DNA of 28,152 bases from Candidatus Caldarchaeales archaeon (GCA_039630055.1 JBCNVN010000020.1:1-28152), one strand, 5' to 3'; shown: positions 16,648 through 26,493, counted from the first letter of the stretch. Numbers and translations: made by a program. Notes: generated from the sequence alone by a model not told the origin.

Positions 16648-17937
16648 TTGGATAGGGTATATGTTAACCCCTCGATAGTATATGGTGAAGTAAATGCTCC
16701 TCCGAGTAAGAGCTATACCCATAGAGCTTATGCCGTATCTTTACTAGTCGATGGTAAAAACTTCATATACAGTCCACTTAGATCGAGAGATACTCAAGCA
16801 ACTTTAAGAGCATGTCAACAGTTTGGAGCAGAAGTCTATGAGGAGGGAAGTTCTAAAATTATTGTAGGCGGCGGCTTAAAGCTACCTGAAAATATTGTAG
16901 ATGCTGAAAACTCTGGAACAACACTTAGAATATTTACAGCGATATCTGCACTTCCACCATCTGGATATGTTGTATTGACAGGCGATGAGAGTTTGAGGAG
17001 GAGACCTATGAAACCATTACTAGATGCTCTCAAGCTCTTAGGAGTAGATTGCTGGTCTACGAGGGGAGATGGATGTGCACCTATAATCGTTAAATCAGGT
17101 GGGATAAAAGGTGGAGAAACGGTTGTGAGAGGAGATGTATCATCCCAGTTTGTCTCTGCATTACTGATAGCCTCTACTAAAGCTGAGAGAGAGACAAAGA
17201 TAAGAGTTGAAGGAAACATAGTATCAAAGAAGTATATCGATGCAACTATAGAAGTGCTGAAGAGATACGGGTATCATGTTCGGAGGGAAGGTTACACACT
17301 ATTTGAAGTAGAACCGAGTCAGCATGGACACCCCACCCATTTTAAGATACCTGGAGACTTTAGTTCAGCCTCATTCCTCTTCGCCGGTGCATATTTAACT
17401 GGTGGAAGAGTCGAGATAGAGAATCTAAGCCTAGACCTTCCCCAGGCAGATTCAGTCATAATCGATATTCTAAGAGATTTCGATAATAAGGTAACTATCG
17501 GCTCATCTAAGATTATTGTGGAAAGTAGAGGTATCAGTTCAGGTGATAGAGAGTATGATCTAGTAGACTCGCCAGATCTAGTTCCAGTGATCGCAGTCAT
17601 GGCCTCAAAATCTCCTGGAGAGACAATTATCAAAGGTGTTAGACATGCAAGGTTCAAAGAGAGCGATAGAATTACTTCGACTGCACTTGAATTAAGGAAG
17701 CTCAATATAGATGTAGAAATATTGGAGGATGGTATGAAGATAAGAGGTAGAGAAGAGATTGAAGGTGGGGTAGAGTTAGATTCACATAATGATCATAGAT
17801 TATCGATGGCCTTCTCAATACTTGCAGCATCGACAAGGAAAGGATGTATCGTAAACGGATTAAGATGGGCTGAGATCTCTTATCCGAACTATCTTGAAGA
17901 CTTGAAAAAACTAGGTGTATCATTTAGAGAGGTTTGA
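16648..17937 (+). CDS. aroA: 3-phosphoshikimate 1-carboxyvinyltransferase (EPSP synthase)
   Basis: PPSKSYTHRA, NSGTTLR, RRPM, SSQFVSALL, PGDFSSA, RFKESDRI, DHRLSM. Confidence 0.96.
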   Translation: MDRVYVNPSIVYGEVNAPPSKSYTHRAYAVSLLVDGKNFIYSPLRSRDTQATLRACQQFGAEVYEEGSSKIIVGGGLKLPENIVDAENSGTTLRIFTAISALPPSGYVVLTGDESLRRRPMKPLLDALKLLGVDCWSTRGDGCAPIIVKSGGIKGGETVVRGDVSSQFVSALLIASTKAERETKIRVEGNIVSKKYIDATIEVLKRYGYHVRREGYTLFEVEPSQHGHPTHFKIPGDFSSASFLFAGAYLTGGRVEIENLSLDLPQADSVIIDILRDFDNKVTIGSSKIIVESRGISSGDREYDLVDSPDLVPVIAVMASKSPGETIIKGVRHARFKESDRITSTALELRKLNIDVEILEDGMKIRGREEIEGGVELDSHNDHRLSMAFSILAASTRKGCIVNGLRWAEISYPNYLEDLKKLGVSFREV

Positions 17938-18015
17938 AAAAATCTTGAAAACTTCTAGAAGTTCATGGAAATCAAAATTAGATATTCCCATCTTCTATGA
18001 TAGCTTTATGATATT

Positions 18016-18468
18016 ATGGGTGATCTCAGATTCTTGAAAAAGATAACACTTGCAGCTATATTGCTAATTATATTAACAGGTGCAATTTTGATATTTGGAT
18101 ACATGTATAGACATGAAGGTGTAAGATCTATTAATCTTAAAGTCATTGGAGAATCTTTCATAGGATTACAGTATGTAAAGGAAGCAATCTTAACTTATGA
18201 GGATGGTGTCTACCATTTAAAATATTCATGTAGTTCTCGAGAAGGATACGAAGAATTATGTAAGTATAGAGGATTTGAAGGAGTTGTAAGAGAAGATCAA
18301 GCTAATAAGTTTCTGGAAATGGTTAAAAGCCTTAAAGATGAAGGAGAACAGGCCAAATGCTGTGATCACCCATGGACAGAAATAGAGATCACATATATGG
18401 ATGGAAGAATAGAGAAGATCATAGTAGCTTTTGAACCAATAAAGATAGAGGAGATTTTTGATATCTAG
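18016..18468 (+). CDS. Hypothetical membrane-anchored/exported protein
   Basis: Basic residues plus N-terminal hydrophobic helix; soluble domain with four Cys including CCDHPW; no family recognised. Confidence 0.65.
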   Translation: MGDLRFLKKITLAAILLIILTGAILIFGYMYRHEGVRSINLKVIGESFIGLQYVKEAILTYEDGVYHLKYSCSSREGYEELCKYRGFEGVVREDQANKFLEMVKSLKDEGEQAKCCDHPWTEIEITYMDGRIEKIIVAFEPIKIEEIFDI

Positions 18469-18548
18469 AGATAACCGTTCTCTCTAGAGACAGTATAATT
18501 AAATGATGTAGCTAGAAATATTGATAAATCCGTAGAAAATGCTGTAAG

Positions 18549-19670
18549 ATGATTAGAGTGACAGGGAATATTCTTGGTGAAAGATTTGTAGTAGTAAGCT
18601 TTGGTGAAAGCCATGGTAGATGTATAGGTGTAGTAGTTGACGGGTGTCCCGCCGGACTAGAAATCTCAGAGATAGATATTCAGAGAGAGCTAGATCTGAG
18701 AAGACCTGGACTAGCTGAGATATATACTAAGAGAATGGAAGAAGATAGAGTAGAGATCTTGTCAGGAGTATTTAATGGATATACTACTGGAGCACCAATA
18801 TGTATGATTGTATGGAATAAAGATGTAAAGAGTAAAGATTATGAATCATTAAGATATATGCCTAGACCTGGACACGCAGATTATTTCGCACATGTAAAAT
18901 ATGGCGGTTTCAATGATTATAGAGGAGGGGGAAGATTTTCCGGCAGAATTACCGCAGGCTTCGTAATGGCTGGAGCAATAGCCAAGAAACTTCTGAGAAG
19001 AGTTCTGGGAATAGAGATAGTAGCATACTCATTAGAGATTGGAGGGGAGAGAGCTGAGGATTTTACACTTGAAGATGCTCGAAGATTCAGATATGAGAAT
19101 GAAGTGAGAGCTCCAACAATCAAGTCTGCAGAAAAGATGAAGGAAAAGATAATGGAAGCTATGTCGAAAGGTGATAGTGTAGGAGGAATAGTTGAATGTG
19201 TAGTAGCAGGGTTGCCGATAGGTCTTGGAGAGCCAGTATTCGACTCGCTCGACTCAGATTTAGCTAAAGCCTTATTCTCTATTCCAGCTGTTAAAGGTGT
19301 AGAGTTTGGAGCAGGATTCAAAGCATCCAGAATGTTAGGCTCTCAACATAATGATCCGATGGTCATACGGGATGGTGAGATCGTTCTTCAGAAGAATGAT
19401 GCTGGAGGAGTTATTGGCGGGATCTCTACTGGAGCACCAATAATCTTTAGAGTCGTATTCAAACCACCCTCATCTATATCTGTAAAACAGAAGACTGTAG
19501 ATATAAAGAATAGAAAAGAGGTTGAGATCACTGTGAGCGGTAGACATGATCCATGTATTGTTCCAAGAGCAGTCCCTGTAGTTGAATCCATATCTGCTAT
19601 TGTATTAGCTGATCATGCATTAAGAGGAGGCTTTATACCTACAGTAATAAAAAGTAATTTGAGAGAGTAG
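18549..19670 (+). CDS. aroC: Chorismate synthase
   Basis: FGESHG, RRPG, PRPGHAD, YRGGGRFSGR, GGISTG, GRHDPC. Start could be GTG 18558. Confidence 0.97.
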   Translation: MIRVTGNILGERFVVVSFGESHGRCIGVVVDGCPAGLEISEIDIQRELDLRRPGLAEIYTKRMEEDRVEILSGVFNGYTTGAPICMIVWNKDVKSKDYESLRYMPRPGHADYFAHVKYGGFNDYRGGGRFSGRITAGFVMAGAIAKKLLRRVLGIEIVAYSLEIGGERAEDFTLEDARRFRYENEVRAPTIKSAEKMKEKIMEAMSKGDSVGGIVECVVAGLPIGLGEPVFDSLDSDLAKALFSIPAVKGVEFGAGFKASRMLGSQHNDPMVIRDGEIVLQKNDAGGVIGGISTGAPIIFRVVFKPPSSISVKQKTVDIKNRKEVEITVSGRHDPCIVPRAVPVVESISAIVLADHALRGGFIPTVIKSNLRE

Positions 19671-19672
19671 CG

Positions 19673-20272
19673 GTGGATTTGTTGGAATGGGCATCTGTCG
19701 GAATAGATTTAGCAGGGTCTCCTAAGAGGAGAACCGGATTGTGTAGAATGAGCGAAGACCTTCACTGTGAAACATACATTAAGAAGAATGATGAAGATAT
19801 ACTGAACTTTACCCTTTTATCAAAACCAGAGATCGTAGCGGTTGATGCACCTCTCAGTTTACCTAGTGGGAACCGTGGCCTCCGTATCTGTGATAAAAAG
19901 CTTCTAGAGATGGGGATAAGGATACTGCCCCCGACACTTAGAGGTATGAGGATGCTTACAGAGAGAGCGATATTACTTAAAAAGAAGTTAGAAGAATATG
20001 GCTATCAAGTTATTGAAGTCTATCCAGCTGCTGCTCAAGATATTTTAGGGATTCCTAGAAAGAGTAAAGATCTAAAATTGTTAAGAGAGAGTTTAATAGG
20101 TATTGGTGTTAGAGGGTTGATGTTAGATGAATGTAGACATGAGATTGATGCTGTTACATGTGCTCTAACCGGAATAGCCTATCTTAGGGGGAAATATATC
20201 GCCGTGGGAGACCCTTCTGAATGTATCGTTATTTTGCCTACTAAGGAGATGCTTGGAAAGAGTATGCACTAG
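19673..20272 (+). CDS. DUF429-family protein (predicted RNase H-fold nuclease)
   Basis: GIDLAG, VAVDAPLSLP, R-x-CD, IEVYP, HEIDA motifs. Confidence 0.8.
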   Translation: MDLLEWASVGIDLAGSPKRRTGLCRMSEDLHCETYIKKNDEDILNFTLLSKPEIVAVDAPLSLPSGNRGLRICDKKLLEMGIRILPPTLRGMRMLTERAILLKKKLEEYGYQVIEVYPAAAQDILGIPRKSKDLKLLRESLIGIGVRGLMLDECRHEIDAVTCALTGIAYLRGKYIAVGDPSECIVILPTKEMLGKSMH

Positions 20273-20418
20273 TAAGGGTTTAAGCATGGCATCATGGTTG
20301 GATAACTATAAATTATGTAAACTGGATCAATATCTATGTCTTATACACGTGATTTTTTCTGATGGCATCTTTATGTATAAACATTCTACGAAAATTGGAA
20401 CATGGATAGGGTTGAACT

Positions 20419-20745
20419 CTAGTATCTCTCCGCAACCTCACTAGAAATCCATTCGAGATATCTACTATATCCAGTAGTTATAGGTATGGCGATAATCTCA
20501 GGGGTCTCATAATTATGTAATTCTTTTATCATCTTTTCTATATCTTTATACTTAGCTGATTCTGTCTTTATCAAGCATATCCATTCTTGAGAGGTCTCTA
20601 TCTTTTGTCTCCACCAGTAAAATGATATAATAGGACCTATTATCTGGATACATGCAGCCAATCTTTCTTCTAGTAGTCTTTTAGTAATCTCTTCAGCCCT
20701 CTCTTTTGAATCTACCGTAGTCAGGACTTGGATATACTCAACCAT
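20419..20745 (-). CDS. cutA: Divalent-cation tolerance protein CutA
   Basis: LLEERLAAC, S-x-YWW, IKT, HNYETPEI, YLEWI. Confidence 0.93.
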   Translation of the reverse strand: MVEYIQVLTTVDSKERAEEITKRLLEERLAACIQIIGPIISFYWWRQKIETSQEWICLIKTESAKYKDIEKMIKELHNYETPEIIAIPITTGYSRYLEWISSEVAERY

Positions 20746-20828
20746 ACCCTACATGATCACCATTCAGCTTAATAATTTTTGAGCCATTATAACAAAATAA
20801 GTTTAATAAGATTATCTTTAAATATTGG

Positions 20829-22001
20829 ATGGATTATCCATCCACCATGAAATATGTAACACTAACCATTATAGCTCTATTATTAGTGAGCTTTGGGATT
20901 AACCTATATCTCCTTACATCTGGGGAAGGCACCAGAACGGTAACAGAATATGTTACTCTCCAAAGCCCGATGACCACCACGATAACCAGCACTGTAACTA
21001 GAACTGTAGCTAGCACGTTAACCATCACTACACAGGTTGCAAGATTTGAAGAGAGTCCCTACCCATTAAAGATAGTAGATTTCATGAATAGGGAGGTCTT
21101 GATAGCTGAACAGCCTAAGAGGGTTATTTCTTGTGCACCGAGTAACACCGAGATCTTGGCCAGCCTAGGATTGTTAGAATACATTGTTGGCGTAGATGAG
21201 TTCAGTGATTATCCCCTGGAAGTAAGAAGGCTTAGGGATGAAGGAAAAATAGCTAATATTGGAGGTTTTGCTACACTTAATATAGAGAAGATTCTAGAAC
21301 TTAAACCAGACATCGTATTTCTTAGTGGAAGCTTTCAAGCAAGGCTGGTCCCAGTCTTAGAGGAGAAAGGAGTTACTGTGGTGGTTCTAGATGCTAATAG
21401 CATCTTAGATGTCTATAAAGGAATAATCTTAGTTGGGATGATCATGAATGTTGAAGACGAGGCATTCAAGCTTGTCAACAGTATTAGAGAGAGAATAGAT
21501 AGAGTCCAGTTGAAGCTTGCAGGTCTACAGTATAAGAAGAGCGTTACAGGAATTATCTGGCTTGAGCCTATATGGACCGCCGGCAACAATACATATCTCA
21601 ACGATATAATCGCTCTAGCAGGTGGATACAACTCTTTAATAGATTCTACTGGATGGTTTATGACTAGTCCAGAGACAATAGTTACCAGAAATCCAGAAGT
21701 AGTCTTCATAACCGCTATGTCTATCGGGTTGAAACCAGAAGAAGTATTCGAGAAATTCAAGAATATTGAAGGTATGGCCTCCGTGAATGCAGTAAAAGAT
21801 GATGAAATCTATCTACTTTACGGTCAGGCTGAGAACATCTTTGTTCGACCCGGACCGAGAGTAGGAGAAGCGGTAGAACTGCTGTCTAAGATACTCTATC
21901 CAGAGATATTTAAAGTAGATATTCCGAAAGTTCTCGGAGACGATTATAGAGAACACTTATCATCTACTCTGTACGAGAGTAGTCCAAGTGTCATACAATG
22001 A
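20829..22001 (+). CDS. Cobalamin/heme/Fe-siderophore ABC substrate-binding protein (BtuF-like)
   Basis: N-terminal TM anchor and Thr-rich linker; PKRVIS-x-APSNTEIL, VGVD...DYP, NIEKILELKPD, RPGPR. Confidence 0.85.
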   Translation: MDYPSTMKYVTLTIIALLLVSFGINLYLLTSGEGTRTVTEYVTLQSPMTTTITSTVTRTVASTLTITTQVARFEESPYPLKIVDFMNREVLIAEQPKRVISCAPSNTEILASLGLLEYIVGVDEFSDYPLEVRRLRDEGKIANIGGFATLNIEKILELKPDIVFLSGSFQARLVPVLEEKGVTVVVLDANSILDVYKGIILVGMIMNVEDEAFKLVNSIRERIDRVQLKLAGLQYKKSVTGIIWLEPIWTAGNNTYLNDIIALAGGYNSLIDSTGWFMTSPETIVTRNPEVVFITAMSIGLKPEEVFEKFKNIEGMASVNAVKDDEIYLLYGQAENIFVRPGPRVGEAVELLSKILYPEIFKVDIPKVLGDDYREHLSSTLYESSPSVIQ

Positions 22002-23014
22002 ATAACAATCCATCAATAATTGCTCTAAAGAAAAAGAAGCTAATCATAATAGTCATCTCTGGAGTATCTCTAACAGTATTTTTCACTCTAGTCTCTCTAT
22101 TTTCTGGGACTGCTCAAATAGACCTGATAAATTTATTATTATACCAGAAGGATTTAGAGAATCTCGAGCTGATATTAAATGTTAGAGTTCCGAGAATAAT
22201 AACGGCGATAATCGTTGGTTCCTCTCTAGCTATTGCTGGCGCAGTAATGCAGAATATATTTAGAAATCCACTTACAGACCCCTATATTACAGGGGTTGCA
22301 TCCGGAGCCGCTTTCACCACCTCTCTATCCATATTCCTTGGAATAACATTCTTATCTCCCACATCGTTATATGCTCTGCCAGTGATGGCTTTTGTAGGCG
22401 CTTTAACCGCTCTAAGTTTAACTATGTTTTTCGCTCGATTAGCCGGTGGAACTTATCTCAGCCTCCTATTGTCAGGGGTTGCTATTAGCTTTCTATTCTC
22501 ATCTGCTACAACTATAGTCGTCACATTGGCCGCTGGAAGAACTTTCGGTATAGTCTTCTGGCTGTTCGGAAGTCTTATTACATCTTCATGGAGGTACATC
22601 TATATCCTGGCCCCTGTCTATATTATAGTATTATCATATGTACTATATAATGCGAGGAGAATGAATGTCTTATTGTTGGGAGAGGATGAGGCCCGTCAAC
22701 TAGGTGTAAACACATATTCTTTAAGAAGAAGCATGGTGATCTCTCTTTCCCTTCTTACATCTATTGCTGTAGCTTTTAACGGTATAATTGGCTTCGTAGG
22801 GCTGGTGGCACCACATATATCCCGACTGATAGTTGGAGAAGATAATAGAATACTTCTACCTTCAAGCATCTTCACTGGGAGTATAATGCTTGTCTTAGCA
22901 GACTTGGCCGCTAGAACTCTTATCTCACCAGCAGAACTACCTATAGGAGCGATAACATCATCTATAGGTGCGCCATTCTTTCTAATCCTCCTAATCAAGA
23001 TGTATAAGAGATAA
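21998..23014 (+). CDS. FecCD/BtuC-family ABC permease
   Basis: RVPR, MQNIFRNPL-x-DPY-x-x-GV, LGEDEARQLG, GIIGFVGLVAPH, ELPIG...GAPFF; ATGA overlap with the upstream gene. Confidence 0.92.
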   Translation: MNNNPSIIALKKKKLIIIVISGVSLTVFFTLVSLFSGTAQIDLINLLLYQKDLENLELILNVRVPRIITAIIVGSSLAIAGAVMQNIFRNPLTDPYITGVASGAAFTTSLSIFLGITFLSPTSLYALPVMAFVGALTALSLTMFFARLAGGTYLSLLLSGVAISFLFSSATTIVVTLAAGRTFGIVFWLFGSLITSSWRYIYILAPVYIIVLSYVLYNARRMNVLLLGEDEARQLGVNTYSLRRSMVISLSLLTSIAVAFNGIIGFVGLVAPHISRLIVGEDNRILLPSSIFTGSIMLVLADLAARTLISPAELPIGAITSSIGAPFFLILLIKMYKR

Positions 23015-23135
23015 TGATATGATGATATCTGAATTTTATAGTTTAAGCCCCTTTAAATGTAGAGTTATTAATAAATCCTTAAGCTATCAGTGGAAGATGT
23101 TTTTAAATTGGATGAGATATGATTAGAAGGAGAAA

Positions 23136-24443
23136 ATGGGTTTGTATGAAAACTCAACACAAAAATCCCGTGAACTATTCAATAGAGCTACAAAGTCTAT
23201 TCCAGGCGGTGTAACATATTCGATTAGATATTTTGAGCCTTATCCATTATACGTATCTAGAGCATATGGTCAGAAAGTATTAGACGTAGATGGGAACGAG
23301 TATACAGACTACTGGATGGGCCATGGAGCTAAGATCATGGGTCACTGCTATCCTCCCGTGATAGAGGCTGCCCGCAGACAGCTCGAGATAGGAGTTCATG
23401 TAGGCCTCCCCCATGAATGGGAGATTAAACTAGCTGAACAGATCTGCAAGATGGTTCCAAGCGTAGAGATGGTTAGATTTACTAATAGCGGTACCGAGGC
23501 GAACATGTATGCCGTCCGACTTGCAAGAGCATATACCAAGAGAAGTACAATAGTAAAATTTGAAGGTGGATGGCATGGAGGATACGATGCTCTACATGTA
23601 GCTGTTAGACCACCATATGAAAAGTTGAATGTCGGGCTCACTGAAGGAGCGGTAAAAGATACTGTGGTCTTACCCTACAATGACTTGGAAGTCGCATACA
23701 GAGAGATCAAGAAAAAAGAGATTGCAGCAGTATTCGTCGAGCCTGTTGCTGGAGCAGGGGGAATGATACCAGCGAGTACAGAATTCTTAAAAGGGCTAAG
23801 GGAGGTATGTGATGATGTCGGTGCAGTACTCGTATTCGATGAAGTCATAACAGGCTTTAGATTATCTCCTGGAGGCGCACAAAAAGTTTATGGGGTTTAC
23901 CCAGATATAACTATATTTGGTAAGATAGTGGGTGGAGGAGAGTTTGCTATAGGAGCATTCGGTGGGAAAATCGAGATGATGAGCCTGCTTGATCAGATTA
24001 GGTATCCAGGATCATTGGATAGAGTATTCCAGGGAGGAACTTTCTCCGCAAACATGCTTACGACAGCCGCAGGCTATACTCTTTTATCAGAACTAGAGAA
24101 TAGGCCTGAGATATATAGGTACATCAACACTCTAGGAGAGAAACTTAGAAGAGATATAAATAGATTGTTCGAGGATCACTCTGCAATTGGATGCGCTACA
24201 GGTATAGGCTCTCTAGTTGGGATCCACTTTACACCATTAGTCCCTAGAGATGTCAAGACGGCTCAAACCATGAAGAATGAAGAAGAACATAGAAGATACT
24301 TTAGACACTTGCTTGAGAACAAGATAATAGTATTGACACAAGAATCTCAGCACTTCTTCATCTCTTATGCACATACGGAGGAAGATATAGAAAAACTAAT
24401 CCAAGTTACAGAAGATTTCTTAAAAAGTAAATCGCATAGATGA
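23136..24443 (+). CDS. Class III PLP aminotransferase, glutamate-1-semialdehyde 2,1-aminomutase (HemL)-like
   Basis: IPGGV, DVDGNEYTDY, RFTNSGTEA, KFEGGWHG, FDEVITGFR, GKIVGGG, GTFSAN. Orthology to true HemL is not certain. Confidence 0.75.
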   Translation: MGLYENSTQKSRELFNRATKSIPGGVTYSIRYFEPYPLYVSRAYGQKVLDVDGNEYTDYWMGHGAKIMGHCYPPVIEAARRQLEIGVHVGLPHEWEIKLAEQICKMVPSVEMVRFTNSGTEANMYAVRLARAYTKRSTIVKFEGGWHGGYDALHVAVRPPYEKLNVGLTEGAVKDTVVLPYNDLEVAYREIKKKEIAAVFVEPVAGAGGMIPASTEFLKGLREVCDDVGAVLVFDEVITGFRLSPGGAQKVYGVYPDITIFGKIVGGGEFAIGAFGGKIEMMSLLDQIRYPGSLDRVFQGGTFSANMLTTAAGYTLLSELENRPEIYRYINTLGEKLRRDINRLFEDHSAIGCATGIGSLVGIHFTPLVPRDVKTAQTMKNEEEHRRYFRHLLENKIIVLTQESQHFFISYAHTEEDIEKLIQVTEDFLKSKSHR

Positions 24444-24558
24444 TAGAGACTCAGAATATCTTGCTTATCCTAGTAGAAATCTAGCTAGTCTCTTACGCTC
24501 GATATAGATTTCACTAAAAGAATTCAAATCTTCCGACAATTATTTAGCTAAACGATTG

Positions 24559-24573
24559 GAGAAGGTTTTTAAG
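24559..24573 (+). promoter_or_regulatory. BRE/TATA promoter of tRNA-Phe
   Basis: gagaagg followed by TTTTTAAG, about 24 nt upstream of the tRNA 5' end. Confidence 0.7.
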
Positions 24574-24596
24574 AAACTCTACTCAAGATAAAGATA

Positions 24597-24704
24597 GCCC
24601 CGGTAGCTCAGCCCGGGAGAGCGCCCGGCTGAAGATAAATCCGAGATAGAGAGGTTTTTGTAATGGGAACCGGGTTGTCGCAGGTTCAAATCCTGCCCGG
24701 GGCA
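24597..24704 (+). tRNA. tRNA-Phe(GAA) with a 34-nt intron at 37/38 (about 24635-24668); CCA not encoded
   Basis: Acceptor GCCCCGG/CCGGGGC+A; D arm GCTC/GAGC; anticodon stem CCCGG/CCGGG with CT-GAA-G; T arm GCAGG-TTCAAAT-CCTGC. Confidence 0.95.
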
Positions 24705-24713
24705 CATGAGCCT

Positions 24714-24740
24714 CTCAAGATAAAAAAGTGGGATCTTGAG
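24714..24740. terminator. Hairpin/T-tract between the convergent tRNA and ADH genes
   Basis: CTCAAGAT...ATCTTGAG 8-bp inverted repeat; the loop contains A6 (T6 on the minus strand after the ADH stop). Confidence 0.4.
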
Positions 24741-24758
24741 TTTATGAAGAATCGATCA

Positions 24759-25976
24759 TCAGATATTTTTCGATAATGGATATAATGATTCTCTGTAGAT
24801 CTTTTCGACAAGTTCTTCATCCACTTGTGCTGGTGTCGCTTCTACTCCATCTCTCAATCCAGGTGTTTCTTTTAACAATCTCACCAGCTCTCCAATATCT
24901 CTTTCCGTAAATCCATAGTCTGAGAGCTTCTTTCTCAATCCTATGTTGAACATCCATTCCTCTACTCTCATAGCTAACTCGTATGCTTCTCCAGGTTTAG
25001 CTCGAAGATTTGGCGCTATGGGCTCATATAATTCTGATAGAATCTCTGGCATAACAGGGTATACTACCTTCAGTATGGATGGTAGTAATATTGCTAAACC
25101 TATACCATGGGGGACATCTGGATTAAATCCGCTTACAGGATGTTCTAAACTATGTGTAAGATGTGTTCCAGCATGATCTATAGCTATCCCCGCCAACATT
25201 GAAGCATATAATAGATAGTATCTTGCAACTAGATTGTTCGGTTCTAATAACGCTAGAGGAAGATACTTAAATATTAAATGTGCAGCCTCTCTAGATAATT
25301 GGATAGAGAATGGGCTTGCTGATTTAATAGTCGCTGATTCCGTTGCATGATTTAAAGTATCCAACGCTGTGGCAATGGTCTGCCACTTATCAAGATTCAC
25401 TAGAAGTTGTGGATCATCAATAGAGAACTCTGGATATGTCAAAGCCATTCCTACCTTATATTTCTTCTCAGGGATCGTCTCTACACCGTATCTATTAATC
25501 TCAGTCCCGGTCCCATGTGTAAGATTTATTACAGCTACGGGAAGGGAATTTTTGGGTTGCTCTCTCTTCATGAATAATTCTCTTGCATTTCCGCCTTCTG
25601 CCATGAGACAGCCTACAGCTTTAGCCGTATCTGCAGGACTTCCACCACCTATACCGATCACCGCTTTGGCGTTAAATTCTCTACCGATCTTTAGAGCTTC
25701 ATCAACTATATCGACTGTTGGATTTGGAATCACTTTATCAAAAACTTGATATTCAATTCCATACGTATCCAGCAATCCTTTGACGTGATCCCATGCGCCT
25801 GAAACTCTATATGATGATTTACCCGTGACAAAGAGAACTCTATTCAGATTACGTTTTTTGAATTCTTCGAATATTTTGGAAACTTTTCTTATAGCTCCTA
25901 CACCGAAGAATAACTGTGTTCCACCATATCTTAGAGTAAACGTATTATTGATGTTTATTTTACTAGTCCAGCTCAT
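24759..25976 (-). CDS. Iron-containing (type III) alcohol dehydrogenase
   Basis: PNPT, IGGGSPAD-x-x-K, THGTGTE, metal ligands D-x-x-x-H, H-x-x-EH, PHG. Confidence 0.92.
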   Translation of the reverse strand: MSWTSKININNTFTLRYGGTQLFFGVGAIRKVSKIFEEFKKRNLNRVLFVTGKSSYRVSGAWDHVKGLLDTYGIEYQVFDKVIPNPTVDIVDEALKIGREFNAKAVIGIGGGSPADTAKAVGCLMAEGGNARELFMKREQPKNSLPVAVINLTHGTGTEINRYGVETIPEKKYKVGMALTYPEFSIDDPQLLVNLDKWQTIATALDTLNHATESATIKSASPFSIQLSREAAHLIFKYLPLALLEPNNLVARYYLLYASMLAGIAIDHAGTHLTHSLEHPVSGFNPDVPHGIGLAILLPSILKVVYPVMPEILSELYEPIAPNLRAKPGEAYELAMRVEEWMFNIGLRKKLSDYGFTERDIGELVRLLKETPGLRDGVEATPAQVDEELVEKIYRESLYPLSKNI

Positions 25977-26073
25977 ATTATTGAAACAACTTCACCCATA
26001 TTTAAGCAATATTTTGAATAACATTTTCCTATATGAGGAAAAGGTAGATATCGATGATGTCTATTTTATCATC

Positions 26074-26493
26074 TCATACAAGGTATTTTTTAATCTTCTC
26101 TCTAAATTCAGTTGGGATGGGTACAGCTTTATTCAACTTCTTGTCAGCTGTTACAACTACTACATGTCCTTCAGCGATAATGTTGCCGGATCTTAAAATC
26201 TTGAACCCATATTTTACATGCTTCTCTCCAATCTCTATAACTCTAAGCTTCACATCTAGTACGTCTCCAAAATAGGCTGGAGATATGAAGTGACAATGTG
26301 CCTCAACCCTCGGCAACCATATCCCATATTTTTCATAGAGATCCTTAAAACTAAATTCTAGATTGAGATACATTTCTTCTTCCACTCGTTCAAAAATTCT
26401 GAAGTAGTTGCTGAAATGCACCACTCCTGCAGCATCGGTGTCGACCCATGAAACTCTATAGACCGATGAGAACTCTCCACTCATGAAACTCAT
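26074..26493 (-). CDS. Acyl-CoA thioesterase (4HBT/YbgC hot-dog family)
   Basis: RVSWVDTDAAGVVHFSNYFRIFE signature and C-terminal AVPIP. Confidence 0.88.
   Translation of the reverse strand: MSFMSGEFSSVYRVSWVDTDAAGVVHFSNYFRIFERVEEEMYLNLEFSFKDLYEKYGIWLPRVEAHCHFISPAYFGDVLDVKLRVIEIGEKHVKYGFKILRSGNIIAEGHVVVVTADKKLNKAVPIPTEFREKIKKYLV

Noticed and set aside
18464-18488. TCTAGAGA...TCTCTAGA inverted repeat after the hypothetical gene
   Set aside because: Short, low-complexity, and TCTAGA is very common in this sequence.
23014-23035. ATGATGA...CTGA resembling C/D-box sRNA motifs
   Set aside because: Only 3 nt separate the boxes, leaving no room for a guide, and no second box pair was found.
24663-24669. 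Alternative reading of the tRNA as Pro(GGG) using the 3' end of the intron
   Set aside because: The body sequence and G37 match archaeal tRNA-Phe; the acceptor stem is not Pro-like.
2438-26275. Numerous short ORFs overlapping or antisense to identified genes (e.g. 4581..4970, 8043..8411, 12578..13015, 16836..17219, 18917..19321, 25369..25749, 25825..26196)
   Set aside because: Ser/Ile/Pro-rich shadow frames of well-supported genes with no recognisable motifs.
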